This document shows, piece by piece, positions 28,702 through 39,800 of a DNA stretch of 64,000 bases (position 1 is its first letter; each line of letters opens with the position of its first letter). Location: assembly GCA_964387625.1 (NCBI GenBank), contig CAYLWN010000001.1:35560-99559 (forward strand). Direction: 5' to 3'. The position numbers were made by a program, and so were the translations under genes. The notes under the pieces were generated by a model, which did not search any database, was not told the DNA's origin, and saw nothing but the letters and a program-made list of their open reading frames with translations. Source of the stretch: an uncultured Gammaproteobacteria bacterium. GTDB lineage: Bacteria > Patescibacteriota > Microgenomatia > UBA10105.

Positions 28702-29937
28702 TTAAATAATCTTTATTTTGGGAACAGGAATGATGAATTTACCGCCATTTTTGCTGTATTTAACTTGTTTGTTTATAATTTCTTTTACAAAATTCCAGGC
28801 TAAAATTAACACATAATCTGGTTGACGGTTAATGATTTCTATTTCAGGATAAATAGGAATATGTGTGCCTGGAGTATAAAGACCTTGTTTATATGATGTT
28901 GAGTCTACTATGAAATCAATTAATTTATTATCAATTTTGCTGTAGTTTAATAATATGTTGCCCTTTGCTGCTGCGCCATATCCGGCAATTGTTTTTCCCT
29001 GTATTTTTAATTTTTTTAATGTTTTTTTTAGTAATTTACATAATTGTTTTACATTTTTTGCAAACTTAATATAAGTTTTTGCATCATACAAGCCAACTTT
29101 TATTTCTTGCTGAAACAGTTTATTTATTTGATTATTTATTTTATATACTGATGATTTTTTAGCTAAAAATATTCTTAAAGAACCTCCATCAATTGACGTG
29201 CGTTGAACATCAATAAGTTTAAGATTGGATCGTTTGATTAGATAAATTAATGGCTTAATTGAAAAGTATGATAGATGTTCATGGTAAATCGTATCGAATT
29301 GATTTTTCCGTATTAAGTCCAATAAATAAGGAAACTCACAGATAAAAACTCCATTATCTGATAATAATTGTTCCACAGAAAGCAATAAGTCTGGTAAATC
29401 ACTGATATGTGCTACCACATTGGTAGCTGTAATAATATCTGCTGAACCATATTTGGATTTAATTTTTTTGGACAACTTAATAGATATGTAATCGTTAATT
29501 GTTTCAATACCTTTAAGAACTGCAATTTTAGCTAAATTTTCAGCCGGATCAATGCCAAGTGTACGGTATCCCAATCCCTTAAAATATGAAAGCATGCTGC
29601 CATCATTGCTTCCAATGTCAATTATCAGAGAATTTGATTTTAATTTAAATTTTTTTTGAGCTTGTAAAGCTATAGTTTCAAAATTGTTCATTCTGGTTTT
29701 TGAAGATGATGGAATATAAACATAATTTTTAAACATTTCCTCCGGATTTACTATTTCCGTAAGTTGTACTAGACCGCAAATATTACAATAACCAGCAGTG
29801 AGTGGATAGAATTTTTCTGATTTTTTTAACTGTTCTTTGGTTAAAAAGCCATTTGGTAAAGGAATTGAGCCAAAAGCAAAAAATTTGGTTATTTTTCTAC
29901 TATTACAAATACGACATTTCGTAATTTTTTTAATCAT
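28702..29937 (-). CDS. NDP-hexose C-methyltransferase family protein (second TylCIII/TcaB9-like paralog)
   Basis: Same architecture as 11654..12892: CRIC...CNIC Zn ribbon, 'IIDIGSNDG', 'DTIYHEHLSY', 'AGYGAAAKGNILLNY', 'YTPGTHIPI'. About 50% identity to the first copy by eye. Confidence 0.6.
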   Translation of the reverse strand: MIKKITKCRICNSRKITKFFAFGSIPLPNGFLTKEQLKKSEKFYPLTAGYCNICGLVQLTEIVNPEEMFKNYVYIPSSSKTRMNNFETIALQAQKKFKLKSNSLIIDIGSNDGSMLSYFKGLGYRTLGIDPAENLAKIAVLKGIETINDYISIKLSKKIKSKYGSADIITATNVVAHISDLPDLLLSVEQLLSDNGVFICEFPYLLDLIRKNQFDTIYHEHLSYFSIKPLIYLIKRSNLKLIDVQRTSIDGGSLRIFLAKKSSVYKINNQINKLFQQEIKVGLYDAKTYIKFAKNVKQLCKLLKKTLKKLKIQGKTIAGYGAAAKGNILLNYSKIDNKLIDFIVDSTSYKQGLYTPGTHIPIYPEIEIINRQPDYVLILAWNFVKEIINKQVKYSKNGGKFIIPVPKIKII

Positions 29938-29975
29938 ATATAAGTGTAGTGAATTTTATAGTGAAAATACTGTTT

Positions 29976-31523
29976 TTACAAGATTGAATATATATATAAT
30001 GTTTCTGAATTAGGACCAGTCATTTGTCCGAATTCATCAAATATTTTAAATAATTTATAATTTTCTAATATTACATTCATTATTTCATTTCTTTCAAAAT
30101 CATTTTTTCCAAAATAATATTTTGATTTATTGATTAATATAATAAATTTAATTTGTTTGTTAGCTATTATATTTTTTAACATTTCATGACTAGTTAAATG
30201 CCATTTTTCAGATTGGTATGAATCGATAATTGATATTGATCCCGGTCCTTCATTCATAGTTAATGGTACATTGCGGTTTATTGCAGCGACAACAGGCATA
30301 TGCATGGTTAGAATTAAATCGTTAGAATTACTATTATCTTCCAAATATGAAGATATTTTATGTAAAACAGAATGTGGGGTAACTAGCATATTACTTAATG
30401 ATATTTTTATAAATTTATGATGGGGGAAGATTGCATATGAGGTAAATATAAGTAAAACTATAAATATTACAAAATATTGCTTCATTTTTTTATTAGTAAA
30501 TTGTTTAACCGTAAAAAAGCCAGCTAAGAAAGAGAGAAATGGAATAGAAGGATAGATGTAAGATGAATCTGCGGGATGATGAATAACTCCTGTAACAAAA
30601 TAAGAAAGACAAATAAAAATAATTAATAAAATATATCCGGATTTCTCATTTTTTAAAAATATTTTTTTAAAATTAAAAAATATTCCAGTAATTATTAATG
30701 CTAAATAAATTCCATAATCACGGGCAGTTAGTGTAATAAAGCTTGTCAATTGTCCTAAGGTTATTGAGTCATTGTCATAAACATATAATAATAATTTATT
30801 AGCAAAAAAAGGCCAAAAAATTCCATATAAAGTATTTTCCCAGCTCAGTAAAAAGTATGGAGTATATATCAAAACTCCAAAGATAATAATAGCAAATGAA
30901 ATAATAAATTTAAATTTTGCAGCATAGTTTCTATAAATAATTAAGTAAAGCCAAACTAGAATTAATACAATCAGTGCTTGGGATCTTACTAAAACTGCAA
31001 GAACTGAAAAAAAGCATGCAATAATATCAAACATAAACCTTCTTTTTTTAAATGACTTAGTTAGCATAAATAAAGAAATGCTTGTAAAAAAAGTCGCATG
31101 TTGTTCAGAAAATGGTACATTAGAAAAATAAATGTATAGAGGGCATCCTAGACCGAGTAATAATGCGGTTAAAATGATTAAATTACGATTTCCAAAGTTA
31201 CTACAGATCTTGAGTATAATTACGAAAACAGATAATGCAATAATTAATCCATAAAACCGCTGCTGTAGTATTGAAGGAGAAAGGAAGAATGACGGTATTT
31301 GATTCAATAAATCGGTCAATAAGCTGTTCCATCCATTATAATTAATAAAAGGTATTAGTCCGGATCGTGCCAATTTACTGTTATATAATAAAATACCATC
31401 TTCGTTTCCAATATATCCATAGTAAATAGTAATTAATCTGAGTAAAATTGACATTAAAACAATGGAAAAAAGTAATAAATTCTTTTTGAAAATATTAAAT
31501 ATACTTCTGATCTTTTTATGCAT
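29976..31523 (-). CDS. GT-C-like polytopic membrane protein (ArnT/PMT-like candidate)
   Basis: 515 aa with many TM helices. The first loop carries 'GYIGNEDGILLYN', an acidic ED motif. C-terminal soluble domain. Confidence 0.4.
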   Translation of the reverse strand: MHKKIRSIFNIFKKNLLLFSIVLMSILLRLITIYYGYIGNEDGILLYNSKLARSGLIPFINYNGWNSLLTDLLNQIPSFFLSPSILQQRFYGLIIALSVFVIILKICSNFGNRNLIILTALLLGLGCPLYIYFSNVPFSEQHATFFTSISLFMLTKSFKKRRFMFDIIACFFSVLAVLVRSQALIVLILVWLYLIIYRNYAAKFKFIISFAIIIFGVLIYTPYFLLSWENTLYGIFWPFFANKLLLYVYDNDSITLGQLTSFITLTARDYGIYLALIITGIFFNFKKIFLKNEKSGYILLIIFICLSYFVTGVIHHPADSSYIYPSIPFLSFLAGFFTVKQFTNKKMKQYFVIFIVLLIFTSYAIFPHHKFIKISLSNMLVTPHSVLHKISSYLEDNSNSNDLILTMHMPVVAAINRNVPLTMNEGPGSISIIDSYQSEKWHLTSHEMLKNIIANKQIKFIILINKSKYYFGKNDFERNEIMNVILENYKLFKIFDEFGQMTGPNSETLYIYSIL

Positions 31524-31533
31524 GTTAGATTAA

Positions 31534-33012
31534 TTATTTTAGTTCGAAAATTACAAATTTTGAATTACTGATAATTGTTTTATACTTATTTTTTAGATAA
31601 TTTAAAAATTCAGGATTTTGCAGAAATTCTGATTCATCAGAAACAACGTATAAAGAAGCTCCCCATTTAATCAAATTTTCAAATTTATCAATTGCACATG
31701 AATTTGTACAACTTGGTTCATTTATATCAAAAGTAGCTCCCCACATATCAGGTCTCAAAGAATAGTAGGTTAATGAAGCATTATTATATGAAGATGTGAT
31801 TATTTTGGAATTTGATTTCGCAATATTTTTTACATTATTAGCGGTTTCTAAAACATATTTATGATTTAGTGAGGAAGCATAAGTTCTAAGTAAATAAGGT
31901 TTTCCAGTAAAAATCATTAAAGTTATGATAATTACGATAGTATAGAATTTTCTTAATTTTATAGTATTTTTTAAATATGTACTTAAATAATCGACTGTGA
32001 TACCTGCAAGTACTGTTAAAGGAAACAAAATTGGTACCTGGTAATACCAATAGTTAATGTTACGGCTAAATAAGAAAACAAAAATTAATAAACCGAACAA
32101 CCATGAAAAGATAAAATTAAATTTTACCTTAGTTTTTATGAAAAAAGCGGTTAATGCAAGCATAAAAACCGGTAAAGTAATGACTTGTTCAATAAAATCA
32201 TAAAAAATATTAATATACCAGTTTAAGTTAAATATTTTATCTAATGCTATCCAGTAATTTGCATTTAATACGAAAGCTGATTGCAGGTTCGGATAAAGTA
32301 AATATACAGATTTAATATGTGTTAACCATAGGAGTATTGGAATACCTGAAATACAATATAAAATTATAAATTTATTTTTAACAAAATTTTTACCGAATTT
32401 TTCATACGCTAAATAAATCATTGGAACCCCAAAATGGAAAAATTGAACTTTTACTAACAAAGTTAACATAAATAATATAATAGAATAAAAATAATCAGAT
32501 ATTTTTCTATAACTTATCCAACAAGAGAAAAAATATAAGCTGCCCATTCCTAAAAATAATCCGAATTGATCAGGTTGGTAGCTTCTGCTTAAAATTATTT
32601 CTTGCGGTGATATTAAATATGCAAATATTAATGCCCATACTGCAACAGTGTTGTTAAAATATTTTCTAATTAGTAAGAAAAAAAATATTGCTAATCCAAT
32701 AGATGAGAAAACAGATATTAATTTGCCCCAAACTTCATTAATTGTTCCAAATATAACATACGGAATAGCAGCTAAAACATTATAGATAGGAAATTCGCAT
32801 AAATAATATCCGGGTTCATCTGCCCAAAGTTTAGTTTTTGTATACAAGACATTAAAATTATCAAGATATAAATTACGAGTAACTTCAGCCGTATGAATTT
32901 CCCGATGTGGTTTAGCGTCTAGTAGGGGCAGATTAATTTTATACAATCTTGGAAATAATCCAATGCATATAATTACCAAAGGTAATAGTTTAAATAATAG
33001 AGATCTATTCAT
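31534..33012 (-). CDS. GT-C-like polytopic membrane protein (ArnT/PMT-like candidate)
   Basis: 492 aa, about 12 TM helices and a C-terminal soluble domain. TAATG overlap with the RmlD-like gene. Confidence 0.4.
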   Translation of the reverse strand: MNRSLLFKLLPLVIICIGLFPRLYKINLPLLDAKPHREIHTAEVTRNLYLDNFNVLYTKTKLWADEPGYYLCEFPIYNVLAAIPYVIFGTINEVWGKLISVFSSIGLAIFFFLLIRKYFNNTVAVWALIFAYLISPQEIILSRSYQPDQFGLFLGMGSLYFFSCWISYRKISDYFYSIILFMLTLLVKVQFFHFGVPMIYLAYEKFGKNFVKNKFIILYCISGIPILLWLTHIKSVYLLYPNLQSAFVLNANYWIALDKIFNLNWYINIFYDFIEQVITLPVFMLALTAFFIKTKVKFNFIFSWLFGLLIFVFLFSRNINYWYYQVPILFPLTVLAGITVDYLSTYLKNTIKLRKFYTIVIIITLMIFTGKPYLLRTYASSLNHKYVLETANNVKNIAKSNSKIITSSYNNASLTYYSLRPDMWGATFDINEPSCTNSCAIDKFENLIKWGASLYVVSDESEFLQNPEFLNYLKNKYKTIISNSKFVIFELK

Positions 33013-33890
33013 TATTTCATCGCTTTCTTCATCTTTAATAAACCTGCTTTTACAGTTATGGGATTAATTTTAAGTAAATTTTCCATTTTTTGAGTTGATA
33101 GGCATGTGTTTCTGGGTCTTGGGGCAAGACCTTTAAAAAATTTACTTTTAACAGGTATAACTAAATTTTTATTGAAATAAAATATTTTTATCAATTCAAT
33201 TGCGAATTCATATCTACTTAATGTGTCTTTACCTCCTATATGGATGATATTTCCGTAGAGTTGTTTATTTATTGATTTCCAAACAGCCTTTGCTGCTTGA
33301 CCGACCCATAAATGATTATTATAAACGTCGCTAACCATATAGGTTTTTTGGTTATCTTTAAATCTTTTTAATAACCATGTGGCTGGATTCTCTCGCTCAA
33401 GAGGATCATTCCAACCATACATATTTGATAGTCTGATAATCATTGAGTGAATCATATATTTTTTGACAATTTCTTCTCCTTCAGCTTTAGTTTTGCCATA
33501 ATAATTTATTGGATTAACAGGATCAGTTTCTGAATATGGAGGGTGTTTACCATCAAATACCCCATTAGAGGAGAAATAGATAAATTTTGACTTTATTTTT
33601 ATAGCTGGTTCCAACAAGTTCTGGGTACCTAAAAAATTAATTTTATAAGTTTCTGTTTTATTTTTCTCGCAGTAATCGGTATTAACCAAAGCTGCTGTAT
33701 GGATGATTAAGTCAGGATGAAGCTTTTCTATTAATTCCTTACAGTTTTTTTTATTTGTAATATCCAAATATATATTTTGTTTGTTCGTAAAAATCTTATG
33801 ATATGTTGGATAAATTAGGTAATTAGATGGAGCAGTTTTTAACAATTCTTTTCCTAATAAGCCCGTAGGACCTGTCAGTAATATTTTCAT
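33012..33890 (-). CDS. dTDP-4-dehydrorhamnose reductase-like NDP-sugar reductase (RmlD family)
   Basis: 'KILLTGPTGLLG', 'IIHTAA', and 'FSSNGVFDGKHPPYSETD', which matches the RmlD 'STDYVFDG...Y.E.D' block. 'YGKTK' supplies the YxxxK. Confidence 0.55.
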   Translation of the reverse strand: MKILLTGPTGLLGKELLKTAPSNYLIYPTYHKIFTNKQNIYLDITNKKNCKELIEKLHPDLIIHTAALVNTDYCEKNKTETYKINFLGTQNLLEPAIKIKSKFIYFSSNGVFDGKHPPYSETDPVNPINYYGKTKAEGEEIVKKYMIHSMIIRLSNMYGWNDPLERENPATWLLKRFKDNQKTYMVSDVYNNHLWVGQAAKAVWKSINKQLYGNIIHIGGKDTLSRYEFAIELIKIFYFNKNLVIPVKSKFFKGLAPRPRNTCLSTQKMENLLKINPITVKAGLLKMKKAMK

Positions 33891-33897
33891 AGTAATT

Positions 33898-34989
33898 TTA
33901 ATTGTATATTATCTTTTTAAATACTTGTTCTAATTTATTAGCATACATGTTTATATTGTATTTACTTTTTATTATTTTTCTGGCATTTCTGCCTATTTTT
34001 TCCCTTAGTGATTGAGATTTATTTAATTTATTAATTGCTAGTATTGCACTGTTAAAATCATATGGAGGTATCACGACGCAATGTTTGTAATTTATAAACT
34101 GATATTCGCCGACTCCTGATGTTTTTGTAAATATTACAGGTTTTTCGCAACTCATGCATCTAAATGCTGTACTTTGTCCGGAAAAATAATGATTTGTTTT
34201 TGTTAAAAGTAAAACAAATTTAGATTGCCAGACTCTTTTTCTTAATGTTTCATAATTAACGTTATATTCAAATATTACATTATTTAACGTCGTAGTTTTT
34301 ATTAAACCCTTGTGAGTAATAACTCTAAATTTTTCATTTGGAAAGTATTTCACTACTTGAAAAAAAAGATCCCAATTTCTGTATATATCAGCACCAATTG
34401 TTAATATTTCATTAGTAGATTTTATTGATTTTTTATAAAAAAATTGAGTATCAATCCCAAAGGGGATAAAAGAAAAACGGTTAATTGGAATTCTCAACAT
34501 CTTAGATAGTAATTTACATTCACTAAAACTACCTCCCGACACTATATGATCTATTTGATTAATTATATTTCTTATAATAAATAATGAAATTGGATTGTTT
34601 GACTTTATTAAACCATCATACATGCCAATCGTATTTAAGATAATTTTAGGTTTTATAAATCCTAATTTTTTCAATAGAGCTATTGGTAATCCATAAGTGT
34701 CTACAGTAGCAAAAATACAATCTGCAATGTTTAATTTTGGAATTAATAATAAAGTTGGAATTATTGAAAAGCCACTTTTATAAAATAAGGATACAAACAA
34801 ATTTAAGTAATATTGAAAAAATAATAGAAATTTATGTTTAAATACTTCATCAGTATAAATTAAGTTAAACTTTTTTATTTTTGTTAATCCATAATATAAA
34901 TCATGAGGGTTTTTATTATACTTGGTTAAATGTAAGTTTTTAGTAATTGGTCTGCGAAAAACATAAAAAAACGATTTTTTAGGCCTCAT
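33898..34989 (-). CDS. GT-B (GT4-like) glycosyltransferase
   Basis: 363 aa with two Rossmann-like halves. The C-terminus reads 'EKIGRNARKIIKSKYNINMYANKLEQVF', typical of Glycos_transf_1. The E-x7-E motif is degenerate. Confidence 0.45.
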   Translation of the reverse strand: MRPKKSFFYVFRRPITKNLHLTKYNKNPHDLYYGLTKIKKFNLIYTDEVFKHKFLLFFQYYLNLFVSLFYKSGFSIIPTLLLIPKLNIADCIFATVDTYGLPIALLKKLGFIKPKIILNTIGMYDGLIKSNNPISLFIIRNIINQIDHIVSGGSFSECKLLSKMLRIPINRFSFIPFGIDTQFFYKKSIKSTNEILTIGADIYRNWDLFFQVVKYFPNEKFRVITHKGLIKTTTLNNVIFEYNVNYETLRKRVWQSKFVLLLTKTNHYFSGQSTAFRCMSCEKPVIFTKTSGVGEYQFINYKHCVVIPPYDFNSAILAINKLNKSQSLREKIGRNARKIIKSKYNINMYANKLEQVFKKIIYN

Positions 34990-35028
34990 AACAGCTATTA
35001 TATCTAAATATGAGATAATATCGAATAA

Positions 35029-36447
35029 ATGAAAGTGTATCCAATTATTTTATGTTTTTTATTATCACTTTTTGCCACTTTAATTATTCCTAGACAATAC
35101 GACTCAGAGGACATGGTTTTGCATCTACCTTTTATTAAAGTCATTAACGATAATTCCTTATATAAAAATGATTATTTAATATCTTCTAGTAATCCTCAAA
35201 ATAATATCACTATTTATTATCAAGTAATTGCAAAAATTGTTTCCATAACTAAACTGACATACGATGATTTATTTTCGATATTACGATATGTGTATTATTT
35301 TTTATGTTTCTATTTTTTTATAAAAATTTCACAATTGCTGTTTAATTCTTTGGATGTAGGATTTTTTATTGGCTTGTTAAGCTTGTTAAGAATCCCGGTT
35401 GGGGGAACAGCGATACAAATACTGGAAACTGAAGCATTGCCAAGAGCTTTAAGCGTTTCATTTGGTTTATGGATTTTATATAGTTTTTTTCACAAAAAAT
35501 ATTTTGTAGCAATTTTAATATTTATAATATCATTTTTAATACATCCCACATCAGCCTTTTTCTTTATTTCCATTTTATTTGTTTATCAATTATGTAAGTA
35601 TTTACATAAATTTAAAAAAATTAAAGTACCTTTAATAATGCTTTCTACATTAATATTAGCAATATTACTTATAGTAGTTAGTCCAATACGTCAAGACTGG
35701 TTAAACATTATTAGTTTAAGAAACAGTTATGCATTTTTAAATCTTTGGAATATTAATAATTTTATCTATTTAGTGATGTTAAATATACCGCTTTTTGTAA
35801 GCCTATTAATAAATGCAACTAAAAACCAAAAATTTCAAATTTTATCAAAAACTGTAATTTTAACTGCATTAATATTTACAGGCATACATGTCATATTTGT
35901 TGTAATAAAACCTGTATCTTTAATAATTAATCTGCAATTATTAAGAATTTGGATATTTCCGTCAATTTTATCTCTATTTGTGGTTTCGTATATTGTCATA
36001 AACAAATTTAATAAATTTCCAAAAATTTTAATTATGAGCATATTATTGGTTTTTATTATATGGAGGAATCTAGTATTACCATCGGTAAAAAGTAAGACTT
36101 CATGGATAGATATACAACAGTGGGTGGGTGGCAATAGTCAGCAAAATTGCGTTTTTTTGGTTCCTTTTTACAATTCCGGTTTTCGAGTTTATTCAAACAG
36201 ATCAATAATAGGAGAATATAAAGACGGAGCTTTGAGTTTTTATTCAAAAGAATTTGCATTGGATTGGAATAATCGGTTGCATGATTTAGGTTATTGGGAA
36301 ATTAATACTAACGATGAAATTATAAAATTACAATCTAAATATAAATTTGATTATTTAGTAAGCGGTACTTTTGTATCAAATAAATTTACTAGGGTTTACA
36401 AAAATAACGAATATAAAGTTTATCAAATTACTAAAGACTGTAATTAA
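35029..36447 (+). CDS. polytopic membrane protein (GT-C or Wzy/polymerase-like candidate)
   Basis: 472 aa, 12 or more TM helices. The first loop reads 'RQYDSEDMVLHLPF' and there is a C-terminal soluble tail. No family recognised. Confidence 0.35.
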   Translation: MKVYPIILCFLLSLFATLIIPRQYDSEDMVLHLPFIKVINDNSLYKNDYLISSSNPQNNITIYYQVIAKIVSITKLTYDDLFSILRYVYYFLCFYFFIKISQLLFNSLDVGFFIGLLSLLRIPVGGTAIQILETEALPRALSVSFGLWILYSFFHKKYFVAILIFIISFLIHPTSAFFFISILFVYQLCKYLHKFKKIKVPLIMLSTLILAILLIVVSPIRQDWLNIISLRNSYAFLNLWNINNFIYLVMLNIPLFVSLLINATKNQKFQILSKTVILTALIFTGIHVIFVVIKPVSLIINLQLLRIWIFPSILSLFVVSYIVINKFNKFPKILIMSILLVFIIWRNLVLPSVKSKTSWIDIQQWVGGNSQQNCVFLVPFYNSGFRVYSNRSIIGEYKDGALSFYSKEFALDWNNRLHDLGYWEINTNDEIIKLQSKYKFDYLVSGTFVSNKFTRVYKNNEYKVYQITKDCN

Positions 36448-36449
36448 AT

Positions 36450-37499
36450 ATGAATATATGTTTTTTTGGATCTTATGATCCCAATTATTCACGAAACAGT
36501 ATATTGATTAATGGTTTAAATCAAAATAACGTTAAAGTATTTCAATGCAGATCAACTTATGGAAGTGTATTTTTACGTTATCCAGACTTAATCCGAAAAT
36601 ATTGGAAGATAAGAAACGAAATAAATGTTATTTATGTTGCGTTTGTGGGTCAGTTGAATATGCCACTGGCTTGGATTTTAGCAAGATTAACTGGTAAAAA
36701 ATTAGTATTTGATATGTTTTATTCAATGTATGATACATATGTTTATGATAGGCAAAGTGCAAAACCAAACAGTATTCAAGCAAAATTATATTTTTCAATT
36801 GATAAAATGGCTACAATTTTGGCTGATGAGGTGATAACCGATACCAAATCTTCAGGAAATTATTACAAAAAATTATTCAATATTAATCCAAACAAGTTAC
36901 ATCATGTTTATGTGGGAGCTGAAGAGATTTTTATCAAGCGAAAACATAAAGATAAGAAAAAATTAATAGTTGAATTTCACGGAATGTTTACTAGACTTAC
37001 AGGAGCCAAATATTTTATAGAAGCAGCAAAAATATTGGAAAATAATAAAAAATTGGAATTTTGGTTAATCGGTGATAGTCAAATATATAAAAAACCATTG
37101 CAATTACTAATAAAGTTAAAACCTAAAAATCTAATATATTTTCCTAAAATGCCTGTAAGGGAATTAGCTAAACATGTTTCACAAGCAGACGTTTCAATAA
37201 GTCATTTAGGAACATCAAAAAAAGCACGAATTGTAATTACCAATAAAACTTTTCATAGTTTAGCTTGCGGGATTGCTGTGATCGTTATCAATTCTTCAGG
37301 AAATAGAGAGTTATTGGAAGACAAGAAGAACGTAGTGATGGTTAGATCCGGTAATACGAAAGATTTAGTTGAGCAGATTTTAATTTTGCTTCATAATCCA
37401 AAACTTCGTCAAAATATTGCTGACAATGGTTATAGGATGTTTCAAAAATTTTTAACCAATAAGCAAATAGCCAAAGATTTGTTAATAAAAATTAGTTAG
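36450..37499 (+). CDS. GT-B (GT4-like) glycosyltransferase
   Basis: 349 aa. N-terminal 'MNICFFGSYDPNYSRN' and a Glycos_transf_1-like second half. Confidence 0.45.
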   Translation: MNICFFGSYDPNYSRNSILINGLNQNNVKVFQCRSTYGSVFLRYPDLIRKYWKIRNEINVIYVAFVGQLNMPLAWILARLTGKKLVFDMFYSMYDTYVYDRQSAKPNSIQAKLYFSIDKMATILADEVITDTKSSGNYYKKLFNINPNKLHHVYVGAEEIFIKRKHKDKKKLIVEFHGMFTRLTGAKYFIEAAKILENNKKLEFWLIGDSQIYKKPLQLLIKLKPKNLIYFPKMPVRELAKHVSQADVSISHLGTSKKARIVITNKTFHSLACGIAVIVINSSGNRELLEDKKNVVMVRSGNTKDLVEQILILLHNPKLRQNIADNGYRMFQKFLTNKQIAKDLLIKIS

Positions 37500-37504
37500 T
37501 TTTA

Positions 37505-39079
37505 TTAATTTGAAATAGATTTGGCAATTATTATATCTCGTTCATCTTTGATTAAATTACCTCTATTATAAGGGAATTCTTCAGGTAACCCGATTATCAA
37601 AGTGTTAGATTTTATTAAATCCTCATTTAAATTAATTTTTCTAAATTCATATTTACCAAAAGAAGCATATCCTATATAAGAATTACGTTTGGTATTTTGA
37701 GATGAGAAAATTACTGTTGGATTTTTCTCTCCATATAATAATATATAAATATATATTTGTTTTATGCTATCAGTAATAATTATTTGATCATATTTACTTT
37801 CTTGTGCTAGAGTATATTGAGCAATTTGTTTAGCTCCGTATTGCCATTGTTGTTTGAATCTTGTAATGCTGTCGTTAAAATAAGCATTAAGAAAATTAAT
37901 AAAACTTATTGTGTAAATTAAGGGAATAACTACTTTTAGTGACAATTTTGAATTATTTAAAGTAATTGATATTAAATGAGTAATACCAAATGCAGTTAAA
38001 AAATCTATTGTAGGAAATAACATAGCGATTCTACCGGCATTTGGAGGTCCTGAAGTTAATGCCCCTGGTAATACCGAAATTATAATCCATCCATAAATAA
38101 ATTTTCGAAATTTTGGAATAAAACTTATTCGATATAATCCAATTATGATAAAGGGAATACTTGTTAAATAAAATAATCCTGTTCCGCATACATTAAAATA
38201 TCTGGTATTACTGGTATCATAAAATAGAACAAAAGGATTAAATTGTTGTACATAATTTAGAATAAATTTAATAATGATATCAATTAATGAAAAATTTGAT
38301 GGATTAAGTCCGATAAATAAATTAATACCGGCAAATCGTGATTGGGAGAATGGTTTAGAAATAATATCTGTAATTAATGGAACTGAAATTAAGATAACAA
38401 TGATCAATGCGCATATAATTTGTTTTAAGGAGATAAATTTTCGAAATATCCAAAATAATAATATTATTAAGAGTGGGGTGGTTAGTCTAGGACTATGATA
38501 TGCGTATACGGATAGTGATAGTATTGAAATTGAAAGAATAAATAATAATTTTGATTTATTACGGATAAATTTAAAAAATAAAGTCAAACCGCATAACTGT
38601 AAAAATAAACCGTATGCAGCATCATGTACAATGCGTGACAGTTGAATGTGCCATGGAGAAATGGATATAAATAGTGTAGATAATAAAGCCAACATACTAA
38701 AAGAAAAATTTTGATTAAGTACTGACGATTTATTTTTAAGTAAAAAAGTTTTTATTAATTCTTTAATAAAAATATAAAATATTATTGTTGTGAATATGCC
38801 CACTAAAGCTGAAGGTAATCTGATGCTAAATTCGTTTAACCCAAATAATGCTATTGCAGGAATAGTTACATAAAAAATAATTGGAGTGACATCCGCTCTG
38901 AAAGAAATAGGAAACTTTTTATTATATTCATCAACTCCATATTTTAAGAGGGTATAAGCATTATACCCAACACCCACTTCATCGCCATGCAAGGAAATGG
39001 GAATTTTTCCAAGTTTAAAAAAAATTAAAAAAACTGTCAGAATAATAATTCCTGTTAAAATCCATATTTTAAACTTCAT
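37505..39079 (-). CDS. GT-C fold glycosyltransferase (ArnT/PMT, GT39/83-like)
   Basis: The N-terminus reads 'KLGKIPISLHGDEVGVGYNAY...' (DE motif in loop 1) and 'IRLPSALVGIFT' (ArnT-like). 524 aa. Confidence 0.6.
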   Translation of the reverse strand: MKFKIWILTGIIILTVFLIFFKLGKIPISLHGDEVGVGYNAYTLLKYGVDEYNKKFPISFRADVTPIIFYVTIPAIALFGLNEFSIRLPSALVGIFTTIIFYIFIKELIKTFLLKNKSSVLNQNFSFSMLALLSTLFISISPWHIQLSRIVHDAAYGLFLQLCGLTLFFKFIRNKSKLLFILSISILSLSVYAYHSPRLTTPLLIILLFWIFRKFISLKQIICALIIVILISVPLITDIISKPFSQSRFAGINLFIGLNPSNFSLIDIIIKFILNYVQQFNPFVLFYDTSNTRYFNVCGTGLFYLTSIPFIIIGLYRISFIPKFRKFIYGWIIISVLPGALTSGPPNAGRIAMLFPTIDFLTAFGITHLISITLNNSKLSLKVVIPLIYTISFINFLNAYFNDSITRFKQQWQYGAKQIAQYTLAQESKYDQIIITDSIKQIYIYILLYGEKNPTVIFSSQNTKRNSYIGYASFGKYEFRKINLNEDLIKSNTLIIGLPEEFPYNRGNLIKDERDIIIAKSISN

Positions 39080-39786
39080 ATTTTTGAAAAACGTAAATTA
39101 ATCACAGTTTTAGTATAGGTTACAAACATGTTAAAAAATTTAGATTTGCTTATTCCATAAGTACGGTTTTTATAAAATACTGGAGTTTCAGTAATTGAAT
39201 ATTTTTTTCTATATATAATATATATTAGACGAATAAAGTAGTCACCAAAACCAAAAAAAATTTTGTATAGCTCAAGTTTTTTCAGGATTGATCTTTTGGT
39301 GATAAAAAATCCGCTGAGATTGTCGCTTATATCATGATTTAGTAAAACACGAATATATAAATTAAAATAATAGCTAAACCATTGGCGGATTCTATTTTCC
39401 ATACCGCCGTTTTTTATATATCTTGACCCTATTACTAAATCAAATTTTTTTGACAACATAAACATTATAGGTATTTCTTTCGGGTTATGATTAAAATCAG
39501 TATCCATTACTAGAATATATTTTCCGCGAGAATGATTGATGCCATATAATATTGCACTGGCCAACCCTTTATTTTTTTTACGGATAAAAACTTTTACTGA
39601 GTGATTGTTTTTAAATTTATTTATTGTTTTTATACCTGTTAAATCCTGACTATCGTCATCCACCATGATGATTTCAGTAGAGATGTTATTTTTTTTGCAA
39701 ATAATAAGTATAGAATTTATAAGTTTTATTATGTTTCCGCTTTCATTGAACGTAGGTAAAATAATAGAAAGATTTTTTGATTTCAT
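39076..39786 (-). CDS. GT2 polyprenyl-phosphate sugar transferase (ArnC/DPM1-like)
   Basis: 'LSIILPTFNESGNI', 'MVDDDSQD', 'VMDTDFNHNP' (DxD), 'IGSRY'. Soluble, 236 aa. Confidence 0.6.
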   Translation of the reverse strand: MKSKNLSIILPTFNESGNIIKLINSILIICKKNNISTEIIMVDDDSQDLTGIKTINKFKNNHSVKVFIRKKNKGLASAILYGINHSRGKYILVMDTDFNHNPKEIPIMFMLSKKFDLVIGSRYIKNGGMENRIRQWFSYYFNLYIRVLLNHDISDNLSGFFITKRSILKKLELYKIFFGFGDYFIRLIYIIYRKKYSITETPVFYKNRTYGISKSKFFNMFVTYTKTVINLRFSKI

Positions 39787-39800
39787 AATATTAGAGGTTT

